Source: a virus
Length of the DNA: 64,000 nt
Strand: one strand, 5' to 3'
Virus record (IMG/VR): IMGVR_UViG_3300021961_000020
Made by a program: the position numbers and the translations under genes. Positions 57,108 to 64,000 of this stretch are shown piece after piece. The notes under the pieces were generated by a model. That model saw only the letters and a program-made list of their open reading frames with translations. It did no database searches and was not told the origin of the DNA. Position 1 is the stretch's first letter. Every line of letters begins with the position of its first letter.

Positions 57108-59474
57108 TCAAACTCGACCAATAACTTCTTCAAAGCTGACACCCGTGCGGGTGGCAACGAAGGTCAGACCGATGAAGTTGATCGATCTATTCGGTTTGAT
57201 GTAGATGTCAGCAACGAATTCATTGTTATCAATGACCGCAGCAGTGTTGTTTGTCTCATCGCAAACAACGATGAAATCGGTAACACCTCTCTTCGATTGA
57301 ACATCGCGGAGGAAGGGCTCAACGATGTTGATGAAGTTCAGTCTTGTAATCTCGTCGTTGAATTCAAACAGTTGATCTCTGGCAGCAGCAGCGATTGCTT
57401 TTTCCAGATAGATGAAGAGACGACGAACATTGATTCTGTCGAAAGCAGATGCTTTTCCAAGACCAGTCTTATCACCGAAGAGGATAATACCAGCACCAGG
57501 AGAGAAGATGACAGGATTGACTCTTGCAGAGTACAGTCTGTCTCTCTCGGTTTGAGAGGGATTGTATGCCAGTTTAACGGCATTCAGGATAGCACCTCTA
57601 TTTGTTCCACCAGGAGAGAACCAGGGGAAGTTATTGATATCGTTTCTAGCACAGACACCAGCGATGTCTCCGTTCAGAGGAACATAGCGGAAGTTTCTGC
57701 TGAAACGATCATACATGTACTTATAACCACTATCAAAGATGGCATAAGAAGAAGATGTGATCGAAGAGTAGAACGAGGTTACTGCAGAGGTAACAGCATC
57801 GGAACTCAGGGTCAGGTCTTCGCCATCTCCAGAGGTTGCCAGGAAAGCACCTCTCCAGGGAGAAATACAAGCAACACAATCTTTTCTGAGTTCAGCGATG
57901 GAAACCAGTTTGTTTGCGAGTGCTTGAGTAGCTTCTCTACCATGAGCACCAGATCCCATGATCAGGAAGTCCAGCTCATAAGCATCTTTGTTAGAAAGCA
58001 GATCGTAACCTGTAGAAAGGTCACCTACGCTAACCTTAAGGGCGTCTGCAGTCTCGATGCTTGTCTTGCCGCCGTAATCTTTACCACCAGCAAGAGATGC
58101 CTGATAGTTACCAATAGCAGCGAAAGAAACATCTTCTGCTTCTTGATCCCATGCAACATCAGACTTAGGATTGAAAGATCCATCCAGGTCTACTGTTACT
58201 ACTCCAGAAGGAGCTCCACCACCAAATACATACTCACTGGCAACTTCCAGAAGTTTTCTCCAGTAAGATGCTGTACCTGTAGAGAGGATTGCATCCTTTG
58301 CTTTGGATCCTGCAACGAACTTCTCAAGGAGAGTTCCAGCGTTTCCAGTAATCTTACCAGTGTCGTCAAGCAGAGCGATGTGAACTTCATCGTTCTTAGC
58401 GTTTCTTGCTGCAGCGTAGGAAGAAGTTCCAGGTCTATCTGCAAGAGAATTCCAAGCGATTGTATCGCCATTGTTCAGGGTGATGGTTTGTTGATCAAAC
58501 CAGTCCTTCGAACCAGAGTAATCTACCTCGCCATCATATGCCTGAGCAGCGATATAGCGAGGATCAAGTGCAGTAATACCAGCGCCAGTGAGAGCAGTCA
58601 GGAAGTCAGAAGTTGCGAAACTAGAACCGTAGGAAACAGTGCTTGCTACCCAACCAAGTTGACCAGCACCTACACCAGACTGAACATGGACCTTGAAAGA
58701 ACCACTGTTCTGGAATTCGTAGACACCACCAGGAGTGTACTCAACGGCAGTTTCTGTACCAGCAGCACTTACATGCGAGACCAGTTTGACGGAGACTTGA
58801 CCATTTCCTACTTCAGTGATGACACCCTTCAGGTAACCATCGAGCAGAGATGTAGCACCAACACCAGCAACAACTGTTCCAGAAGGAACTGCTTGGGTTA
58901 CGCCAAGACCAACCGTCAGGTTGAGATCGCTAATTCCGTTCTCGTATCCAGCAACAGCAGCAAGACCGCCATTAGCGGTGGAAGAGAATCCAAGAACAGC
59001 AGTTGTGTCAATACCCGTGATGATTTGATCGGCAAGACCATCCAGGATTGCAACCTTAATGCCGTTAGACCAAGTTCCAGGGTTCTTACCAGCAACGACT
59101 ACGCCAGAGATTGTATTCTCGCCGTATCCTTTGTTTACATAGTCGTCATCACTCTTGATGGTGACGCTGCTTGCAGAACCAACGAAACCGTTCTTGAGTC
59201 CAGATTCGTTAGATCTTACTACGCGGAGTACACCGCCATAAGCAAGATAAGAAGAGGCAGTAAGCCAATATTCGTAGTGATTGTTGTCCTTATAAGGAGC
59301 GCCGAAGGTCTCAAGCAGATCCGCTTCGGTTTCGATAAGGGTGGGTTTCTCGACTGGTCCTTTAGCGAAGGGGGCAACTAGACCACCCGCTTTGGTAGAT
59401 GTGGGATCCACTCTACCTTGGGTCAGGTCAACTTCCCTTACGACAATTCCAGGAGATGCTAAATTGAGCGGCAT
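57108..59474 (-). CDS. gp18: Tail sheath protein
   Basis: SPGIVVREVD, WFSPGG.NRG and RINVRRLF motifs; CTAAATA at 59510-59516. Confidence 0.97.
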   Translation of the reverse strand: MPLNLASPGIVVREVDLTQGRVDPTSTKAGGLVAPFAKGPVEKPTLIETEADLLETFGAPYKDNNHYEYWLTASSYLAYGGVLRVVRSNESGLKNGFVGSASSVTIKSDDDYVNKGYGENTISGVVVAGKNPGTWSNGIKVAILDGLADQIITGIDTTAVLGFSSTANGGLAAVAGYENGISDLNLTVGLGVTQAVPSGTVVAGVGATSLLDGYLKGVITEVGNGQVSVKLVSHVSAAGTETAVEYTPGGVYEFQNSGSFKVHVQSGVGAGQLGWVASTVSYGSSFATSDFLTALTGAGITALDPRYIAAQAYDGEVDYSGSKDWFDQQTITLNNGDTIAWNSLADRPGTSSYAAARNAKNDEVHIALLDDTGKITGNAGTLLEKFVAGSKAKDAILSTGTASYWRKLLEVASEYVFGGGAPSGVVTVDLDGSFNPKSDVAWDQEAEDVSFAAIGNYQASLAGGKDYGGKTSIETADALKVSVGDLSTGYDLLSNKDAYELDFLIMGSGAHGREATQALANKLVSIAELRKDCVACISPWRGAFLATSGDGEDLTLSSDAVTSAVTSFYSSITSSSYAIFDSGYKYMYDRFSRNFRYVPLNGDIAGVCARNDINNFPWFSPGGTNRGAILNAVKLAYNPSQTERDRLYSARVNPVIFSPGAGIILFGDKTGLGKASAFDRINVRRLFIYLEKAIAAAARDQLFEFNDEITRLNFINIVEPFLRDVQSKRGVTDFIVVCDETNNTAAVIDNNEFVADIYIKPNRSINFIGLTFVATRTGVSFEEVIGRV

Positions 59475-59555
59475 CTTTAACTCCCAATAGAATCCAATTT
59501 GTCTACAAGTATTTAGAGTTTATGCCTTTTTCAGTGGGGAAACAGTCCATGAACA

Positions 59556-59801
59556 CTACCAGTCTGGATACTCCCACTTACCAAATACTGCATTGGTCAT
59601 TCTACTTACAACTACTCTCTTTTTTGTGCAATCTTTGCACTCATAGGAGTATGCCGATGGAGTATCTCCACGGTCTTTATGAGTTCGATAAAAGTCGTTC
59701 ATAAGGTCTTTGACTACGCCACATGTTCTGCATTTTCTCTCCTTCATGAACAGGTGACTAAACTCAAATTCCTCTTCGAAGTCCATCAGTTGTATTCCCA
59801 C
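59556..59801 (-). CDS. Small Zn-finger protein
   Basis: CRTC...CKDC. Confidence 0.7.
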   Translation of the reverse strand: MGIQLMDFEEEFEFSHLFMKERKCRTCGVVKDLMNDFYRTHKDRGDTPSAYSYECKDCTKKRVVVSRMTNAVFGKWEYPDW

Positions 59802-61450
59802 ATGTATGACATGTCTCCATAAGTAGAGGACATTTCTTTATCAACTGTCCATCTATCACCACCTTCCATAAAAGATTCGTCATCAGATAAACCATCGCTG
59901 ATGAATCCAAATGGTGCCATGTCCTGCTCAATCTGATCTTTTTGTTCTTCGTAGATTCTCTTACGGACATCATTGTCCGTCATCTCTCGGAAGTAATCCT
60001 GAGCAACTAACCAGGCGAAGATGACGAGACACATGGCAAGGTCATCATGACATCCATCTTCTGCTTCCCACGACTGCTTCTTCTGAACAAATGTTGTTAA
60101 CTCGGCAATAATATCGTAGTCGCTAGTTATTAGTTTGTCTTCTTCAATAAGTGCTTTTAGGTTAGAGCATCCAGTCTTTTTGACTGCTTGTGTCATTCTG
60201 ACACCCATTTGAGTCTTCTTACCAGAAAAACCAGAACCTACAAGCTGACCTGCTCTACCACGCATAGAACACATCAGCATATTTTCATATTCTAAATCGT
60301 ATTGTAAAATTGTTGCAACTTGTTCGCCAATATCGTTGACCTCAACTAATACATAGGCATGATTATATGCCTTTGCCATGTCCAAGATAATACTTGGAAA
60401 TAGCATTGGTTTGATCTCATTGTTTTTATATCTTGCTACAGTCTTATATGGAAACTCTGAGATATCAAAAATTACAAAGGCAGAGTAGTCATGGTCAATC
60501 CCTCTGGCAGTATCAACCGTAATAATATAATTTCTTTCTTTCTTTGGTTCTTCATATACAACGAGACCCTTTCCGTTGTTTTGTATTGGATCTTCGAAGA
60601 CAAGATTTCTTAACTTGGACACACTAATCAGTGTGTCAACAGATCCAAGGAATTCGCACTCGAACTCGACCTTGAACTGCTGTTCTGAAGTGTTCTTAAT
60701 GGTCTGCTCTTTCCATGCTGCATCCCTACCTGGGACCTCAGACCAGTGAACTTCTGTTGGTGTATATTCGTTCTTTCCCCTTTGAGCATCGTGCCAGTAT
60801 CTGTAAAAATGGTTCATACCGTGAGGGGTAGAAACCATAATTACTTTTGTTGTTTTACCAGAAGTAATAGTAGGATAAACAGAACTAAAGAATTGCTCTG
60901 CAATATGGTTTGGAACGAACGCAAACTCATCGAGGAAGATGATGTTAAACGACATACCTCGGACAGCAGACGCAGATGTAGAAGCTGCCAATATCTTACT
61001 GCCATTCTCTAACTCGATAGAACCTTTATTCCAGGATATAATACCCTGTTGCATCCATTTTGGCAAGTTTTCATATGCAGTTGCTAACCTTCCTAACAAT
61101 TCTCTAGCAGTTGCTGCTTTGTTAGCAAGGATGCCTACATTGACACTATCGTTAAAGACGATATAATGCAGCAAGAATGCCACGCAGGTAGTAGACTTAC
61201 CAGTCTGTCGCGGCATCTTGCAGATATTAAATCTTTTCTCGTGGAAATTCCTGATTAATTTCTCTTGGAAATCATACATGTTGAATCCAACAAGACCTTC
61301 GTCCAGAGAAACGATCTTTACATAGTTTCTGGCGAAGTATACTGGATCCGATTTACATGTCAAATACTCCTGAACATCTTCTGGTGAAAATTCAATCGGA
61401 GTATTTGCTTTCTTTAGATTCGGATTACCAAGATAAATGTCTTCAGGCAT
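59786..61450 (-). CDS. gp17: Terminase large subunit
   Basis: PRQTGKST, FLDEFAF, VDTARG and HDDLAM motifs. Confidence 0.98.
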   Translation of the reverse strand: MPEDIYLGNPNLKKANTPIEFSPEDVQEYLTCKSDPVYFARNYVKIVSLDEGLVGFNMYDFQEKLIRNFHEKRFNICKMPRQTGKSTTCVAFLLHYIVFNDSVNVGILANKAATARELLGRLATAYENLPKWMQQGIISWNKGSIELENGSKILAASTSASAVRGMSFNIIFLDEFAFVPNHIAEQFFSSVYPTITSGKTTKVIMVSTPHGMNHFYRYWHDAQRGKNEYTPTEVHWSEVPGRDAAWKEQTIKNTSEQQFKVEFECEFLGSVDTLISVSKLRNLVFEDPIQNNGKGLVVYEEPKKERNYIITVDTARGIDHDYSAFVIFDISEFPYKTVARYKNNEIKPMLFPSIILDMAKAYNHAYVLVEVNDIGEQVATILQYDLEYENMLMCSMRGRAGQLVGSGFSGKKTQMGVRMTQAVKKTGCSNLKALIEEDKLITSDYDIIAELTTFVQKKQSWEAEDGCHDDLAMCLVIFAWLVAQDYFREMTDNDVRKRIYEEQKDQIEQDMAPFGFISDGLSDDESFMEGGDRWTVDKEMSSTYGDMSYMWEYN

Positions 61451-61453
61451 AAT

Positions 61454-61558
61454 TTACTTTTTCTTACCACCGTTCTTAGCTTTCTTCGCAGTCGCGTTCC
61501 CTTGATTCTGCTTCGATTGCGATTGACCCTTCTTGCCCTTGTTTGCGGACTTGGCCAT
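61454..61558 (-). CDS. 34-aa Lys-rich peptide (not in ORF track)
   Basis: MAKSANKGKKGQSQSKQNQGNATAKKAKNGGKKK; GAAG RBS. Confidence 0.55.
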   Translation of the reverse strand: MAKSANKGKKGQSQSKQNQGNATAKKAKNGGKKK

Positions 61559-61670
61559 CTTCTTGTAGTTCCTTAAAGGATAGTCTTAATATATATACGA
61601 CACAATACAGTGTGAACGCCAGTCCACAGCATAAAAGAATAATAACTGACCAAACTGGTTCCTGTGTCAT
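61476..61670 (-). CDS. Small membrane protein
   Basis: N-terminal hydrophobic helix. Confidence 0.55.
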   Translation of the reverse strand: MTQEPVWSVIILLCCGLAFTLYCVVYILRLSFKELQEDGQVRKQGQEGSIAIEAESRERDCEES

Positions 61671-61816
61671 TTGTGACTCTTAGTAAAAGGTTCCCAATGT
61701 TCCCACTTAAATTTATGAACTGCCCAAATTCCCATGATGGGAACAAAGATTAAAATATAGCACAAGAATCCTAAAATGAAAGGATTGTTTAGTGCCAAAG
61801 CTGCCAAGTGTCCCAT
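61667..61816 (-). CDS. 49-aa membrane peptide (not in ORF track)
   Basis: MGHLAALALNNPFILGFLCYILIFVPIMGIWAVHKFKWEHW; ATGA overlap. Confidence 0.6.
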   Translation of the reverse strand: MGHLAALALNNPFILGFLCYILIFVPIMGIWAVHKFKWEHWEPFTKSHK

Positions 61817-62052
61817 AGTTCTCTAAAGTATCTATCTGTATGATTTAGACAGTCTAGCGGTGCTTTCTGTTCTGTATGTGCCCAATCATAGCAAAAGTCA
61901 ATCATATCTGATGAGACATGACTGACTCCAAATATTCTTGAAAATGCTGATGCTGCAAAATGAAACCGCTGTCTAATGCGCGGTTCCATTACCCTTATAG
62001 TCGTCGGATTCATAGTAGTGTCCCTTCTTTGAACCGAAATAGATTGTAGCAA
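61789..62052 (-). CDS. Hypothetical protein (start probably about 62010)
   Basis: ORF in small-gene cluster. Confidence 0.6.
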   Translation of the reverse strand: MLQSISVQRRDTTMNPTTIRVMEPRIRQRFHFAASAFSRIFGVSHVSSDMIDFCYDWAHTEQKAPLDCLNHTDRYFRELWDTWQLWH

Positions 62053-62104
62053 TCACAAAGGGGATTGCAACGATTGCAAGTGCTTTTCCTAACAAGTGTT
62101 CCAT
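61973..62104 (-). CDS. 43-aa membrane peptide with GHYYESDDYKGNGTAH tail
   Basis: Single TM helix; start reassigned to MEHLL. Confidence 0.6.
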   Translation of the reverse strand: MEHLLGKALAIVAIPFVIATIYFGSKKGHYYESDDYKGNGTAH

Positions 62105-62349
62105 TATTGGTCTATCCCAAGTTCCTTTAAGTAATTGATCCACCACTGAGGATCTTTCTGCATTTTCCACTGTGGAACCTCCAAACCTTTTTCGGAATAG
62201 TATTCGAACAGAGCATCATCGATAATCTGTGCGATCTCCATACTCCTCATCCTCTTCGTCAACATCTGCATATGCATTTGCCACATAGGGTCCGTGTGGT
62301 AGTTTGGATTCTTCTCTGACATACTCAGTTTCTGAATTAACAGCAGCAA
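62104..62349 (-). CDS. Hypothetical protein (start uncertain)
   Basis: Coupled to the next ORF. Confidence 0.5.
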   Translation of the reverse strand: MLLLIQKLSMSEKNPNYHTDPMWQMHMQMLTKRMRSMEIAQIIDDALFEYYSEKGLEVPQWKMQKDPQWWINYLKELGIDQ

Positions 62350-62455
62350 TCCATACAGATAACTTCATTACTATGTAGATGATTGCAAGGGGAAAGAAGC
62401 ATCCGATTAAAATAATAGTTTTAGATGTCATCATCATCCTCCCAGTATCCGTCAA
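62216..62455 (-). CDS. Small membrane protein with acidic tail
   Basis: TM helix IILIGCFFPLAIIYIVM. Confidence 0.55.
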   Translation of the reverse strand: MTDTGRMMMTSKTIILIGCFFPLAIIYIVMKLSVWIAAVNSETEYVREESKLPHGPYVANAYADVDEEDEEYGDRTDYR

Positions 62456-62552
62456 AAGGTTCGCTTAGAAGTTCTCGATGCTTTAAAAATCTCATTGCTT
62501 GACGCAAAAGTTCCTCATCTCTATCGGTAAAGATAATTTCCTCTTCGTTCAT
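62421..62552 (-). CDS. 43-aa acidic peptide (not in ORF track)
   Basis: MNEEEIIFTDRDEELLRQAMRFL...; ATGA overlap. Confidence 0.5.
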   Translation of the reverse strand: MNEEEIIFTDRDEELLRQAMRFLKHRELLSEPFDGYWEDDDDI

Positions 62553-62731
62553 TTGTCTTTTAATAACTCTTCGATTCTTCTTCTAGTTTCCTCTGATTTT
62601 TGCTTGTCACGCTCACAATGCTTATAACCATGTTTTCCATGATATATGAAATGTCCTTGGACAATCATAGTTATACCAAAAAGAAATAATGTTAAGATTC
62701 CTATCAAATCTACAATGTTATTTTTAACCAT
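62549..62731 (-). CDS. Small membrane protein
   Basis: N-terminal TM helix. Confidence 0.6.
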   Translation of the reverse strand: MVKNNIVDLIGILTLFLFGITMIVQGHFIYHGKHGYKHCERDKQKSEETRRRIEELLKDK

Positions 62732-62898
62732 GGCAGTAAAGGGGGAATCACCCCAATAAGTCTTAGAAGTCCCTCAGCAAATAAAGCAAGAACCACCCAA
62801 CCGACGCACATACTAATGATAGAAGCATTACGGTTGTGTTGTCGTATTGCTGCATCGATCATCTCCTGAACTTCTTCTTTAGTTACTGGGGTGGTCAT
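62710..62898 (-). CDS. Small membrane protein
   Basis: HNRNASIISMCVGWVVLALFAEGLLRL. Confidence 0.65.
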   Translation of the reverse strand: MTTPVTKEEVQEMIDAAIRQHNRNASIISMCVGWVVLALFAEGLLRLIGVIPPLLPWLKITL

Positions 62899-63154
62899 TT
62901 TCCAACTCGGTAAGTCTTTGTTCCCATGTTACTCCACCTTCGGATCCTCTGCATGGGTTTATGCAAGTATCATCACCTAGTTTATTACAAACAAGTCCAG
63001 CAAGATCTAACTCATTGCCAAGTTTACCAGTGCCAGACCAATAGTGTTGCCCATTGATCCATAGCGCACCACACTTAGGGCATTCCTTTCTCTCTACTGA
63101 GAGATCGGACAGCTCTTTATCAGTCATTCTTGTACTCCTTAAGGAACTTTTCAA
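62879..63154 (-). CDS. Cys-rich hypothetical protein
   Basis: CPKC...C...C..PC. Confidence 0.65.
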   Translation of the reverse strand: MKSSLRSTRMTDKELSDLSVERKECPKCGALWINGQHYWSGTGKLGNELDLAGLVCNKLGDDTCINPCRGSEGGVTWEQRLTELENDHPSN

Positions 63155-63335
63155 AGTCGGCTGTATCTCTGACTAGTTGCCTTTTGAGTCTCCATCCCAT
63201 CCATTTCATTTGCAAACGGACAAATGCATAACGAACTTGTAAGTCCGCATATGAAAAAAGTCGCATCGTTTCTTCATATCCCGCATAAGCTACGAGAATG
63301 AGAAAAAATACGACTACAAAATAGGCACCGTACAT
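63120..63335 (-). CDS. Small membrane protein
   Basis: N-terminal TM helix. Confidence 0.65.
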   Translation of the reverse strand: MYGAYFVVVFFLILVAYAGYEETMRLFSYADLQVRYAFVRLQMKWMGWRLKRQLVRDTADFEKFLKEYKND

Positions 63336-63467
63336 ATGCGAGTATCAACCTGATACTATTATACAGATATTTAGAGATATGTCATGTAACAATGTGTTAC
63401 ATGTGTTGAAAATAGTATGAAGTTATGCTAAATAAAAGGTTTTCTTTATATCTTAATAAAGTTTTAA

Positions 63468-64000
63468 TTATCTCTGTTCAATCCAGTTAAGTACCGCAAG
63501 TGCTGCTTTGTTGGTGTTGGGAGAGGCACAGGCAAGGGTATAAGTATCACTGATTGTACCAATACCAGATCTTCCAAGTTGCAATGTCGCTTTACTATCA
63601 ATATCCACTAAAGAGGCACCGCCAGCAATCGTAAATCCAGAAAGAAGTGTTGTTCCTCCAGTGAGTGCAGTTGCTGTAGTATCATATTGGACAAAAGAGT
63701 TTGGATCTGGATGATTTGTCCAATTCGCACCAGTCAAAGTTGCATTCTCAAAAAGTCTCCAATATACATTTGTATTATCATTCGTTGCTGTTTGTAGAGA
63801 TCTCAGTAACATCACTGCCTGAAGTGCAGATGTCTTAAGACGCAAACTGATTACTGGATAGAAGGTGTTTGCGTTAGTCAAAGTTGTCCCTGTAATGGGA
63901 TTTGAGATACTCAACAAAGTACCAAGTTTTTCTGGTTCACCTTCTTGGATCAGAGAGTTAGAACCTTGATAGAGATAATGAGTTCCAGCAACACCAGTTA
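63468..64000 (-). CDS. Probable virion structural / fibre-associated protein, C-terminal part
   Basis: Frame is open to the window edge; T/G/A-rich beta-type sequence. Confidence 0.65.
   Translation of the reverse strand, partial: TGVAGTHYLYQGSNSLIQEGEPEKLGTLLSISNPITGTTLTNANTFYPVISLRLKTSALQAVMLLRSLQTATNDNTNVYWRLFENATLTGANWTNHPDPNSFVQYDTTATALTGGTTLLSGFTIAGGASLVDIDSKATLQLGRSGIGTISDTYTLACASPNTNKAALAVLNWIEQR

Noticed and set aside
56781-59381. 866-aa plus-strand ORF
   Set aside because: Antisense shadow of gp18/gp19; S/R-rich and motif-free

Overview
Core segment of a T4-like marine cyanomyovirus (Kyanoviridae-type; pebS, cobS, mazG, speD and hsp20 point to a picocyanobacterial host). All supportable genes lie on the minus strand. 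Left to right: a sugar-nucleotide/glycosyltransferase cluster (GT6 partial, GT11, fcl, C-methyltransferase, gmd); small hypotheticals; six tRNAs interleaved with 2OG-Fe(II) oxygenases and a GIY-YIG nuclease; a low-complexity late protein; nrdB/nrdA/primase; late putative internal-head proteins and a cytidyltransferase; mazG; the replication block (gp41, uvsX, gp43, hsp20, regA, gp62, dam, gp44, gp45), interrupted by three nuclease genes; pebS-cobS-VWA peptidase; gp46/47/55; uvsW/uvsY; the head-tail block gp3, 23, 22, 21, 67, 20, 19, 18, 17; small membrane ORFs; and a partial structural gene. Best leads: a gmd/C-methyltransferase/fcl branched-sugar pathway; a tandem PD-(D/E)XK plus EndoVII nuclease insertion with its own terminator and late promoter; two candidate late small RNAs; twin sigma70 promoters, one antisense and origin-like; an operator-type promoter pair for cobS and the VWA gene; and enzymes with T4-like capsid-targeting N-termini. 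All family assignments come from motif recognition, not database searches.
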